Shown one piece after another: positions 38,929 to 47,696 of a stretch of DNA of 64,000 nucleotides. How positions within the stretch are numbered: the stretch's first letter is position 1; each line of letters opens with the position of its first letter. The stretch lies in contig JADHYM010000001.1 in assembly GCA_016782445.1 (NCBI GenBank), forward strand, positions 10,212-74,211. Direction: 5' to 3'. The position numbers were made by a program, and so were the translations under genes. Source of the stretch: Candidatus Omnitrophota bacterium (GTDB lineage Bacteria; Omnitrophota; Gorgyraeia; JABMRN01; RBG-13-46-9). Below the pieces are notes generated by a model that was given only the letters and a program-made list of their open reading frames with translations, was not told where the DNA came from and ran no database searches.

Positions 38929-39470
38929 TACCAGTCTTCAATGGTGCGGTCAACGACGCGCCTGGCAAGGTCCTGTATGGCCTCATCCACGGTTTGCGAA
39001 TCAGTCTGCTCGTATTTGCCGCTTGTGCGGTAGAGCGCCTGCCCTGCCCACCCCTGTTCCTTCCAGAGAAGCTTTCCTGTTTCCCGGTCATAAAGCTCGA
39101 GATTTGTCACGACGCGCAGGCGGTACTGGGTAACGTTTTCTTCGCTATTGTATTCAAGCGGCTGCCTCTGGAAATCCACAAGCTCGCCTTTTAAGATGTA
39201 ATGCGCCGTATTCTCGTTTGCTATTTTTAAGTTCCCGTCGAAAACAAACTCGTTTATGACAGCGGTTGTTATTGTCGATTCCATCCCCGGCTTGTAGCCG
39301 TAATAAACGCGCCTGTTTGAAAGCTCGCTCGCGACAGCTATCTTGTTCTTGAAATTTTCCACGTGTATCGTGTCCTTGCCCGGAGGAAGCATGGAACCGG
39401 TCGTATAACCGCATCCGGAAAAGTAAAGGAGCGCGAGGAGCGCAAGGAGCGCCAAAAATTTCTTTCTCAT
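38928..39470 (-). CDS. lptE: LPS-assembly lipoprotein LptE-like
   Basis: Lipobox LLYFSGC; about 180 aa; positioned immediately upstream of holA as in Proteobacteria. Confidence 0.55.
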   Translation of the reverse strand: MRKKFLALLALLALLYFSGCGYTTGSMLPPGKDTIHVENFKNKIAVASELSNRRVYYGYKPGMESTITTAVINEFVFDGNLKIANENTAHYILKGELVDFQRQPLEYNSEENVTQYRLRVVTNLELYDRETGKLLWKEQGWAGQALYRTSGKYEQTDSQTVDEAIQDLARRVVDRTIEDW

Positions 39471-40429
39471 ATGCCCTTATTGAGGAATTTTTGTATGCTC
39501 TGGAGGTAAAGGAAGGCTTCTTTAGAGGAATCTGTTTCGGGAAATTCGTTTATTACTTCATTAAAATATATGGCGGCGCTCTTGTAGCGCTTTTGTCTCT
39601 GGTAAAAAAAGGCTGTCTTTAGAATGCTCTGAGCCTTCTTCTCTTTAAGCATTAAAAGCGTGTCTTCGGCGACTTCGGTTATGTCTCTATCCGTTCCGCT
39701 TGCAGCAAATTTGGAAAACTCGCGTATGGCCTCGTCCGTAAGATTTTGATCATATTCAGGCGAGCGGCTGGCAAGGTAAGTGCACTGCGCGAGTTCGTAC
39801 TGGGCGTAATCATACAGGTAACTCGAGGGGTATTCGTCCATGAGGCGCTGAAAAGCCTGTATCGCTTCCTGATACTGTTGAGCCTTCTTATAGCATTCGC
39901 CTATCATGTATTGCGCCTTATCAGCGTACGGCCCAAATGGCGCGTTTTCGCGCACTTTGGTAAATATCTCCACTGCCCAGTCGAGGTCCATCATGAGGTC
40001 CATGCCCATAAGGTTTCCTCGACTTTTTTTGAAGAAAAAGTCCCCCAGGTTGTATTCCCGCTCTATGATCTCGTCCACCCTCTGGGTGAACGGGTAAAGC
40101 TCCACTGTTTTCTGATAGTTTTTAAACGCCTGGTAATGGCGCTTGCCCATCTCGTATGAGAGCCCGGCGTAATACTGGGCTTCCGGTGCGAGGTCCGAAT
40201 TTTTAAAAGCAGCTGCCAGGCGCACAAATTCACCCGCCGCGCCCTTGTAGTCTTTTTCCTGAAAGAATTTCATGGCCCAGGCAAATTGCTCTTCAGGCGT
40301 ATCCTTTACGGCGTATTTCGGGTTTTCAATATTTTTCTCTCCGGGTGTCCATATCCAGAAGGCACTCGCGGCCGGGTGGAGGGATAGCACGAATATTACT
40401 GATATAAGGAGTAAAAAAAACTTTTTCAT
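39467..40429 (-). CDS. TPR-repeat outer-membrane lipoprotein (BamD/YfiO-like)
   Basis: Signal peptide and several TPR-like helical repeats. Confidence 0.55.
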   Translation of the reverse strand: MKKFFLLLISVIFVLSLHPAASAFWIWTPGEKNIENPKYAVKDTPEEQFAWAMKFFQEKDYKGAAGEFVRLAAAFKNSDLAPEAQYYAGLSYEMGKRHYQAFKNYQKTVELYPFTQRVDEIIEREYNLGDFFFKKSRGNLMGMDLMMDLDWAVEIFTKVRENAPFGPYADKAQYMIGECYKKAQQYQEAIQAFQRLMDEYPSSYLYDYAQYELAQCTYLASRSPEYDQNLTDEAIREFSKFAASGTDRDITEVAEDTLLMLKEKKAQSILKTAFFYQRQKRYKSAAIYFNEVINEFPETDSSKEAFLYLQSIQKFLNKGI

Positions 40430-40536
40430 TTGTGGTATTTTGTGTTCAGGAGAGTCAATATAACATACGGGAAGTGCTTTGTCAAGAGTGACACCGGTCC
40501 TTCGAGGAAGTCAGATATGGCTGCGCTCGGGCGTTT

Positions 40537-40896
40537 TTACGCCTGGGATTTTTCCGCATTAAGATCCACGAAATCCCTGAGGTGCCCTTTGTCCTCCCTG
40601 CTGATTTCCAGGAACTTATTTCCCACTTCGTAGTCGTCGCCTACAGGCAGTTTTTTTATCCACGCTATTTTTGAAACCGCGCGGATAGGCTTTGCCAAAG
40701 CCGGCAGATTAAGCTCGACTATCAAGCGACATGCCAGCGATATAAATCTGTCGCTTCTGAACCTAACGCCACCTTCCGATATGTTCTTCGAAACTGTCCC
40801 TCTGAAGTCATCGCCAAGGCCCTGTAATTCTTTATACTTCAAGGGGAAGTCTGTAGATACACGGGGTGCGCGTCTTTGTTCTTCGAATGTACCCAT
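40537..40896 (-). CDS. PilZ domain protein (putative c-di-GMP receptor)
   Basis: RxxxR (QRRAPR) and DxSxGG-like (NISEGGVRF) motifs; 119 aa. Confidence 0.7.
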   Translation of the reverse strand: MGTFEEQRRAPRVSTDFPLKYKELQGLGDDFRGTVSKNISEGGVRFRSDRFISLACRLIVELNLPALAKPIRAVSKIAWIKKLPVGDDYEVGNKFLEISREDKGHLRDFVDLNAEKSQA

Positions 40897-40945
40897 TTTT
40901 ACCTTCCTCTTTTAGGGTGCCCTAATACCCTTTTGAATTGAGTTA

Positions 40946-40974
40946 ATTGTAACACGTAATATTTCATTTGTCAA
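40946..40974 (-). promoter_or_regulatory. near-consensus sigma-70 promoter for the PilZ gene (TTGACA-N17-TACAAT)
   Basis: Minus strand reads TTGACA AATGAAATATTACGTGT TACAAT. A TTAGGG-tg-CCCTAA inverted repeat at 40912-40925 sits between the -10 element and the RBS. Confidence 0.5.
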
Positions 40975-40990
40975 GTTAAAAATAAAAAAG

Positions 40991-42502
40991 TTAGTTTTTC
41001 TTTCTTTTTCTTCCCGCTCCCCCGAAGATTAGTATTATACCCAATAGCATTATATAATAAGTTATTGCGTTTTTAGCATCCCATCCGTAAACATTAAAAT
41101 AGGCACAAGGAAGGTTACGCAAAAATTCTACTATTTTTACAAGTAAAAAAATGAAAAAAGTTGTGCTTCCCGCGAAAATAACTGCCATGTATTTGCAAAA
41201 AATACCCGGGATGAAAAATAAAATACCCGCTCCCATTATTACAAAAAGAAGAGGTATGATTAAGATGTTTGCTATTACTGTGACCGGGGCTATTATCCCG
41301 AAATAATAAGCAACAACCCCCAGGAGCCCGACCCACGCGGCAAAGGAAACGGAAATCGCGCCCTTCAGGTAAGCGGCTACTGTGCCGCTCTTCGCACCTC
41401 CGAGCAGCCGGTAAATTTTCGGCGATATATATACGATCGAAAGGACCGCCCCGTACGAAAGCACAAATCCTATTTCGAAAAGCTGGTTCGGATTGAAAAG
41501 AAGAATTAAGAGAGCGGAAATTCCGACAAGATTATATACGCTCGTTTTCCTTCCGAAAAGCCCGGAGAGAGATAAGATCGAGAACATCACTGTCGCCCGC
41601 AGTATTGACGGACGCGCGCCCGTCAGGACAGCGTAACAGGCAAGAAATAAAACCGATAAAATAATCGCTGCTTTCGGATTCACCTTCATCACTTTAAGCG
41701 CAAGCCGCAGAATAAAATATATTATTCCCACATGGAGGCCGCTTATCGCGAGAATATGAAAGGTGCCTGTTTTGGAAAGGGACTCTTTGAGGGGCTTCGG
41801 AAGATCGCCTCTTTTTCCGAGAAAAAGCGCCTCTACTACGCCGCTATATGGCCGGTTGAAAAATACACGTACGCGCGCGCCAAGCTTTTCGCGAACAATG
41901 TAAATAAACCTCACGAATTTGGCCGGGGAGCTTCTCACTTCGCCTATTTTCTTGACGGATTCCTTTTTTAAAGAAAGTATCGCGTATATTTTTTTATTGG
42001 CGAGAAACTTGCGGTAGTCAGACTTTCCCAAAGGGTACCTTGGTATTTCGCGCAATGTACCTTCAACGCGCAGAATGTCCCCGTAGCGATACGCGTTTTT
42101 TTCGCTACCGCGTATCCGCACGAGCATTTTTCCGCAAACTTGTTTTTCCCCCTGCCCCGGCAGGATTAACGTTTTCCCTTCCGCTTTAAGCCCGCTTCCG
42201 TCCAGCGGGTCACTCGCTATTTCAACCTCAAGAATCACTTTTCGTCCCACAAGATTTTTTATATGGTTTTTCGGAGTTGCGTTGAACGCGTCATACCGCA
42301 TCGTTCCGAGAACCGCGAAAAGCGCGAAAAGCGAGATTATAAAAAGAGGTTCTTTTCTGACGGAGGCAAGAAGCATGATAAAGAAAATAAACCCCAGAAA
42401 CAAAAGGATTAAAGGCCTGTCTTTAAGAAATTCCGCGCTTTTCCCTATTATTTCTCCCAGGGCAAAAAATACGGCTACATATAAAAGATAGACTTTTTTC
42501 AT
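40991..42502 (-). CDS. comEC: ComEC/Rec2 family DNA internalization channel protein (no metallo-beta-lactamase domain)
   Basis: DUF4131 N-terminal region plus a polytopic competence domain; 503 aa. Confidence 0.8.
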   Translation of the reverse strand: MKKVYLLYVAVFFALGEIIGKSAEFLKDRPLILLFLGFIFFIMLLASVRKEPLFIISLFALFAVLGTMRYDAFNATPKNHIKNLVGRKVILEVEIASDPLDGSGLKAEGKTLILPGQGEKQVCGKMLVRIRGSEKNAYRYGDILRVEGTLREIPRYPLGKSDYRKFLANKKIYAILSLKKESVKKIGEVRSSPAKFVRFIYIVREKLGARVRVFFNRPYSGVVEALFLGKRGDLPKPLKESLSKTGTFHILAISGLHVGIIYFILRLALKVMKVNPKAAIILSVLFLACYAVLTGARPSILRATVMFSILSLSGLFGRKTSVYNLVGISALLILLFNPNQLFEIGFVLSYGAVLSIVYISPKIYRLLGGAKSGTVAAYLKGAISVSFAAWVGLLGVVAYYFGIIAPVTVIANILIIPLLFVIMGAGILFFIPGIFCKYMAVIFAGSTTFFIFLLVKIVEFLRNLPCAYFNVYGWDAKNAITYYIMLLGIILIFGGAGRKRKKN

Positions 42503-42834
42503 TCTAGGGTTATGCGTTTTTTTATGAGGCGGTAGGTATGTTCGCCGATGCCTTTTACGCGCTTTACGTCTTCCGCGCTTTGGAACGGACCGTTTTCTTC
42601 TCTGTAGAGAACTATGCGCTCGGCAAGTACCGGCCCTATTCGCTTAAGCGATATGAGCTCTCTTATCGAGGCGGCATTTATGTTCACTTGTTTTTGCTCT
42701 TCGGGGATGTTTTTTATGGCAAAGATTTCGAACGCGGAGCTTTGAGCGCGCTTATAATAAAAAAATCCCGCTCCTACGAGCGAGCAGGCTATGATAAAAA
42801 TTATAGCGAGTTTTTCTTCCTTTGTAAAAAGCAT
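42499..42834 (-). CDS. comEA: ComEA-like helix-hairpin-helix DNA-binding protein
   Basis: N-terminal TM helix and a C-terminal (HhH)2 region INAASIRELISLKRIGPVLAERIV. Confidence 0.8.
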   Translation of the reverse strand: MLFTKEEKLAIIFIIACSLVGAGFFYYKRAQSSAFEIFAIKNIPEEQKQVNINAASIRELISLKRIGPVLAERIVLYREENGPFQSAEDVKRVKGIGEHTYRLIKKRITLE

Positions 42835-42838
42835 CTTT

Positions 42839-45340
42839 TTAGGAGAGTACTATATTGACGAGTTTATCCGGAACGACGATCCACTTCTTTATGTCCCGGC
42901 CGGCCAGGTGGCTTTTGATTTTTTCGTCTGCTAGGATTTTTTCTTTCAGTTCTTCGGCGACGAGGCCCCTGGGTATCTCCATCTTCGAGCGGAGCTTGCC
43001 GTTTATCTGGACGGGAAGCGTTATGTTTTCCGCGAGAACGAGCTTCGCGTCGTATGAGGGCCATTCTTTTTTTAGTATACTTTCTTTCCCGCCAAGCTTT
43101 TCCCACAACTCCTCGCATATGTGCGGCACAAGAGGAGAAAGCAATACGATGACAGTTTTAACCGCCTGTTCGATGGTTTCGCGCGAAGAGGATTTTTTAT
43201 CCTCTGCAAGGTATACCTCGTTCACAAGCTCCATTATCGCGCTTATCGATGTATTGAAATGAAATCCTTTTTCGATATCGTCTGTCACTTTCTTTATAGT
43301 CTGGTGGGTCTTCCGTTTAAGCTTTTCGTCGTTCACCGTTCCTCGTTCCTCGTCTGTCGTCTGTCGTCTGTCGTCTGTCGTCTGTTTCGCCATCCTCCAA
43401 ACCCTCCCGAGAAACCTGTACGCTCCCTCGACCCCCCTGTCAGACCATTCAGCGTCCTTCTCCGGAGGCCCTATGAAAAGCGTATAGAGCCTTATGGTAT
43501 CTGCCCCGAACTTTTTTATAAGCTCATCCGGGCTCACTGTATTTCCTTTTGATTTTGACATCTTGGCGCCATTTTTTATTATCATTCCCTGGGTAAAAAG
43601 ATTTTTGAACGGCTCGTCAAAACCTATAAGTCCCATCTCATTTAAGACCTTCACTATGAACCGCGAATATAATAGATGCAGTATCGCGTGCTCAACGCCT
43701 CCTATATACTGGTCAACCGGAAGCCACCTGTCAACATCCTCTTTTTCGAACGGCTTATTTTCAAGCTTTGCGGATATGTAACGCAAAAAATACCAGCTAG
43801 AATCAACGAACGTGTCCATGGTGTCGATTTCGCGGCGTGCCTCTGCCTTGCACTTTGGACACTTAGTATCTACAAATTTCTTCGAGGTTTTTAAAGGGCT
43901 CTCGCCTTTTCCGCCCAAGGCGGACCTGCCTAGGGCAGGAGCGCCAAATTTCACGTCTTCCGGCAGAATTACAGGCAAATCTTTTTCCGGCACGGCTACT
44001 ATGCCGCATTTCTCGCAATATACCACCGGTATGGGCGCACCCCAGTATCTCTGCCGGGATATGAGCCAGTCCCTAAGTTTGTACTCGGTGGCCTTTTTGC
44101 CGATTTTTTTCTCCTCCATCCAGTCTGTTATTTTTCCAATCGCCTCTCTGTTTTCAAGCCCGTCAAACTGCGCCGAGTTCACCATTATCCCGTCATCTTC
44201 GTACGCTTTCCCCGGTTCTTCTGACCTCTGACCTCTGACTTCTGACTTCTGAATCACTGTCTCTATAGGTAGCTTGTACTTAGCCGCGAATTCGTAGTCT
44301 CTCTGATCGTGAGCCGGAACAGCCATGACAGCGCCTGTCCCGTACTCCATGAGAACGTAATTCGCCACCCAGAGGGGAATTTTTCTTTTCGTTACCGGGT
44401 TAATAGCGTACCGGCCGGTGAATATTCCAACCTTTTCTGCGTCGGCCTGTACACGCATTATTTTGGATTCCGTGCGCATTTTTTCGACGGCTACCATGAT
44501 TTTTGATTTTTCTTTTACGCCATCCAGGAGCTCTTCGAGATGCGGGTGCTCCGGCGCTATGACCATGTACGTGGCGCCGAAAATAGTGTCCACTCGAGTC
44601 GTAAAACAGGCTAATGTTTCCTCAGAACCCACAACCGGAAAATAAATTCTCACGCCCTCAGAGCGGCCTATCCAGTTAGCCTGCATTATCTTGACCCTTT
44701 CGGGCCAGTTCTCGAGCGACTTCAAGTCGCCTAAGAGGCGCTCTGCGTAATCAGTTATTCTAAAAAACCACTGTTCGAGGTCTTTTTGCGAAACAGCTGT
44801 CTCGCACCGTTCGCATTTTCCCTCTATTACCTGCTCGTTGGCGAGCACAGTATTGCAGGAAGAACACCAGTTGACAAACGCCTTTTTCCGGTAAGCAAGG
44901 CCCTTTTCAAGGAGTTTAAGAAATATCCACTGCGTCCATTTGTAATAATCAGCCAGGCATGAGGCAACCTCGCACGACCAGTCATAGCACACGCCCCAGC
45001 TCTTAAGCTGTTCTTTCATCCGTTTTATGTTAGCCAGAGTATATTTTTTAGGGTGGGTTTTATTTTTTATGGCAGCGTTCTCAGCCGGGAGCCCGAAAGC
45101 GTCCCAGCCCATGGGCGTAAGGACATTAAACCCGCGCATTTTCTTGTAGCGCGCGACGACATCACCTATTATGTAATTGCGGCCGTGCCCGACGTGAAGC
45201 GCTGCCGACGGGTAAGGGAACATGACCAGGCAGTAGAACTTTTTCTCAAAGTCCTTTATATCGGCCTTAAAAAGCTTTTTTTTAGACCAATATTCCTGCC
45301 ACTTCGGCTCAATCTTATCGAACGGGTATGATTTTTCCAT
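42839..45340 (-). CDS. leuS: leucyl-tRNA synthetase
   Basis: HIGH (HVGHGRNY) and KMSKS (KMSKSKGN) motifs plus a CP1 editing domain; 833 aa. Carries two heptamer-repeat-encoded low-complexity insertions. Confidence 0.95.
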   Translation of the reverse strand: MEKSYPFDKIEPKWQEYWSKKKLFKADIKDFEKKFYCLVMFPYPSAALHVGHGRNYIIGDVVARYKKMRGFNVLTPMGWDAFGLPAENAAIKNKTHPKKYTLANIKRMKEQLKSWGVCYDWSCEVASCLADYYKWTQWIFLKLLEKGLAYRKKAFVNWCSSCNTVLANEQVIEGKCERCETAVSQKDLEQWFFRITDYAERLLGDLKSLENWPERVKIMQANWIGRSEGVRIYFPVVGSEETLACFTTRVDTIFGATYMVIAPEHPHLEELLDGVKEKSKIMVAVEKMRTESKIMRVQADAEKVGIFTGRYAINPVTKRKIPLWVANYVLMEYGTGAVMAVPAHDQRDYEFAAKYKLPIETVIQKSEVRGQRSEEPGKAYEDDGIMVNSAQFDGLENREAIGKITDWMEEKKIGKKATEYKLRDWLISRQRYWGAPIPVVYCEKCGIVAVPEKDLPVILPEDVKFGAPALGRSALGGKGESPLKTSKKFVDTKCPKCKAEARREIDTMDTFVDSSWYFLRYISAKLENKPFEKEDVDRWLPVDQYIGGVEHAILHLLYSRFIVKVLNEMGLIGFDEPFKNLFTQGMIIKNGAKMSKSKGNTVSPDELIKKFGADTIRLYTLFIGPPEKDAEWSDRGVEGAYRFLGRVWRMAKQTTDDRRQTTDEERGTVNDEKLKRKTHQTIKKVTDDIEKGFHFNTSISAIMELVNEVYLAEDKKSSSRETIEQAVKTVIVLLSPLVPHICEELWEKLGGKESILKKEWPSYDAKLVLAENITLPVQINGKLRSKMEIPRGLVAEELKEKILADEKIKSHLAGRDIKKWIVVPDKLVNIVLS
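43338..43386. repeat. heptanucleotide tandem repeat (CGTTCCT x2, CGTCTGT x5) inside leuS
   Basis: Encodes ...QTTDDRRQTTDEERGT... in LeuS. A second heptamer array (CTGACYT x5) at 44220-44252 encodes ...SEVRGQRSEE.... Confidence 0.85.
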
Positions 45341-45613
45341 AAATGAGTCGTAAGGTCCTTCGTAATACGAATCGTTTCGTAAGGTCCTTCCGCAATGGCA
45401 AACGCTCCCTTGGGTCGCGTTTTTTTCATTGCTTCAGGATCACTTTTGCTTCGCAAAAGTGAAGCCGGCGGGAATCGACTACTACGCCCCGCAGATGCGG
45501 GCCTGCGTAGTCTCCCCTCGCTCGCTTTCGGCCGGTCTTCGGCTTACGGCCTTTTCCTCCCTATGGTCGGCGCTCGCTCGCTTCGATTCCCGCCAAGGAG
45601 AACCTGTATCAAG

Positions 45614-45684
45614 TGGAGCCGGCGGGAATCGAACCCGCGATACCAGACTGCCAGTCTGGTGTGATCCCGCTTCACCACGGCCCC
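45614..45684 (-). tRNA. tRNA-Ala (anticodon GGC)
   Basis: The minus-strand sequence GGGGCCGTGGTGAAGCGGGATCACACCAGACTGGCAGTCTGGTATCGCGGGTTCGATTCCCGCCGGCTCCA folds as a cloverleaf with the G3:U70 Ala identity pair and a CUGGCAG anticodon loop. CCA is not encoded. Confidence 0.85.
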
Positions 45685-45773
45685 TTTTTCTATGTATAGA
45701 TTATATATTAATTTTAATCTGCATACAACCAATTTTGTAAAATTAGGAATTATAACATTCTGGCCTCAAAAAC

Positions 45774-45801
45774 TTGCACATTTAGCTTGAGATGATATAA
45801 T
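45774..45801 (+). promoter_or_regulatory. sigma-70-type promoter upstream of tRNA-Leu (TTGCAC-N16-TATAAT)
   Basis: TTGCAC at 45774-45779 and TATAAT at 45796-45801, about 27 nt upstream of the tRNA 5' end. Confidence 0.5.
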
Positions 45802-45828
45802 ATATTTATGTATATTTTGCCAGAGTGA

Positions 45829-45905
45829 TGGAATTGGCATACATGATGGTCTCAAAAACCATTGGTCGCAAGACCTTGTGGGTTCGAATCCCACCTCTGG
45901 CACCA
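45829..45905 (+). tRNA. tRNA-Leu (anticodon CAA), type II with long variable arm
   Basis: GCCAGAG acceptor stem, anticodon stem-loop ATGGT-CTCAAAA-ACCAT, variable arm GGTCGCAAGACC, T-arm GTGGGTTCGAATCCCAC, 3' CTCTGGC-A-CCA (CCA encoded). Confidence 0.85.
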
Positions 45906-45930
45906 TAACGAATTAATCAAATATGACAAA

Positions 45931-46599
45931 ATGGGGTTTTGGAATACAAATATAGCATATGCCGTTGGGCTCCTAACCACTGATGGTAATATCTCAAATG
46001 ATAAGAGGCACATCTGGTTAACCTCTACTGATAAACAGTTATTATATACCTTTCGGGATTGCCTTAAAATAAAAAACCGTATATGCATAAATCCGCCGGG
46101 AAGTTACTCTCGAAAAATATGTTATAGAATTTCCTTTTGTAACATAAAATTTTACAATTGGCTATTAAAAATAGGACTAAAACCAAATAAAACTTTTTCT
46201 TTGGCATCTTTGAAAATACCTAAGAAATATTTTTTTGACTTTTTGAGAGGGCATATCGATGGAGATGGTTCAGTAATATATTACGTTGATAAGCATAATA
46301 AATACAAAGGAAAAACTTACGTTTATGATAGGTTATGGATTACATTGCGTTCCGGCAGTCTAAAACACATAAAATGGATACGAAAATGTATAAGAAAAAA
46401 GCTGCATATGAAAGGCAGTTTAAGCGGGTGGAAAGATAAAAAAAATAAAGCAAAGAAAATGTTATGGTCTTTAAAATTCTATAGAAACGACTCATTGGTG
46501 CTTATTGATCATCTATACTATAGATCTAATTTACCATGCCTTTACCGAAAAAGAAAAATCGCAGAAAACTACATTAAGAAAATAGGCAAAATAAATTAG
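45931..46599 (+). CDS. free-standing LAGLIDADG family homing endonuclease (double-motif)
   Basis: Two LAGLIDADG-type motifs, GLLTTDGNIS and FLRGHIDGDGSV, spaced about 100 aa apart. Lys-rich, AT-rich coding sequence. Begins 26 nt after tRNA-Leu; the ORF-track start at 45862 overlaps the tRNA. Confidence 0.8.
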   Translation: MGFWNTNIAYAVGLLTTDGNISNDKRHIWLTSTDKQLLYTFRDCLKIKNRICINPPGSYSRKICYRISFCNIKFYNWLLKIGLKPNKTFSLASLKIPKKYFFDFLRGHIDGDGSVIYYVDKHNKYKGKTYVYDRLWITLRSGSLKHIKWIRKCIRKKLHMKGSLSGWKDKKNKAKKMLWSLKFYRNDSLVLIDHLYYRSNLPCLYRKRKIAENYIKKIGKIN

Positions 46600-46600
46600 C

Positions 46601-47695
46601 TTACTCGAAATGCCAGAAACCGGGATTGTCTGAAAAGGACCTCTGAAAAGCCCTGATAACACGCGGATCGAACTGCGTTCCGGAACTTCGTACTATCTCA
46701 AGGGCAGCCTCTTTGGCAGTATACGCTTTCTGGTACGGGCGGTTCGTGGTTAGCGTATCGAACGCGTCTACCACTGCTATTATCCTTCCTTCGAGGGAAA
46801 TCTTATTTCCGCTCATCTTTTTTGGATATCCGGTGCCATCGAAACGCTCGTGGTGCTCCAGCATGCCGTTTAATATATTTTTCGATTCCACTACCGCCTT
46901 TACTATGTTGTACCCTATGGCCGGGTGTTTACGCATTTTTTGAAGTTCGTCAGCATCGAGGGCGGACTTTTTTGAAAGAATGCTGTCGCTTATGCCTATC
47001 TTTCCTATATCATGGAGTATGGAAGCAAAGTTCAGATCCTCCAGGAATTGTTCAGGCTCCCGCATCTCGCGCGCTATCTCGAGGGCATATTTTGACACGC
47101 GCTCTGAATGGCCGTGCGTGTAGGGATCCTTGGCGTCTACGGCGGCGGCAAGGCTTAAAATCGTATTTAAAAAAAGTGCTTTAGTGTTACCGTAAAGCCT
47201 GGCATTTAAAAGCGCGATTGCCACGTGATTTGCAAGCGCATAAAGAAGTTTTTTATCCGCCTCCGTAAAACGGGTTTTTCTGCTTTTATGGTCGCTTACG
47301 AGAAGTACCCCTATAATTTTTGAGCCGGTTTTAAGCGGGACGGCTATAAAAGAGCCTATGGGAATTTTTTCTTTTGAAAATGGTATTTTTTTTCGCTTGA
47401 AGCGCGCATCTTTTGCTATGTCATTTACAAGAAGCGCCTTGCCCTTCCTGGCAAGCTCCACATTAATCCTCTCCCATCCGGCAAGCACCTTCAGGTTCGC
47501 CAGCTGATTATTCGTAAACCCCTTGGCACCTATGAGGATAAGGTGGTGCGCTTCTTTATCCAGCAAGAAAAGCGCGCTGAAATCAGTATCGAGGAACTTT
47601 TTTGCTTCTTTTAAAATAATATTGCTTACTGTTACAAGCTCGAGGCTTGAGCTTACCTTACGGCTTACCTTTAAAAGCGTTTCAAGAACAGTCAT
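46601..47695 (-). CDS. GAF domain / HD-GYP domain phosphodiesterase
   Basis: N-terminal GAF domain; C-terminal HD domain with HDIGK and a GYP motif (FDGTGYP). Confidence 0.8.
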   Translation of the reverse strand: MTVLETLLKVSRKVSSSLELVTVSNIILKEAKKFLDTDFSALFLLDKEAHHLILIGAKGFTNNQLANLKVLAGWERINVELARKGKALLVNDIAKDARFKRKKIPFSKEKIPIGSFIAVPLKTGSKIIGVLLVSDHKSRKTRFTEADKKLLYALANHVAIALLNARLYGNTKALFLNTILSLAAAVDAKDPYTHGHSERVSKYALEIAREMREPEQFLEDLNFASILHDIGKIGISDSILSKKSALDADELQKMRKHPAIGYNIVKAVVESKNILNGMLEHHERFDGTGYPKKMSGNKISLEGRIIAVVDAFDTLTTNRPYQKAYTAKEAALEIVRSSGTQFDPRVIRAFQRSFSDNPGFWHFE

Positions 47696-47696
47696 G

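Noticed and set aside
43121-43552. Prophage region (ORF6N, homing endonuclease, thermonuclease, competence genes as possible phage genes)
   Set aside because: No integrase, terminase, capsid or tail genes. The mobile-looking genes are isolated single ORFs, so only small islets are claimed.
45341-45460. T-box riboswitch leader upstream of leuS (repeated CGTAAGGTCCTTCG motifs and hairpins)
   Set aside because: No T-box consensus (AGGGTGGNACCGCG) and no specifier-loop architecture is recognisable; only short direct repeats and a small hairpin are present.
45440-45600. Possible tmRNA (ssrA) or other tRNA-like ncRNA suggested by TTCGATTCCCGCC and GGGAATCGAC elements
   Set aside because: The two elements are inverted copies of the same tRNA-Ala 3' segment rather than a 5' acceptor strand plus a T-arm. 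No tag-peptide reading frame ending in ...AA-stop and no pseudoknot-like organisation could be seen. Treated as tRNA-fragment scars.
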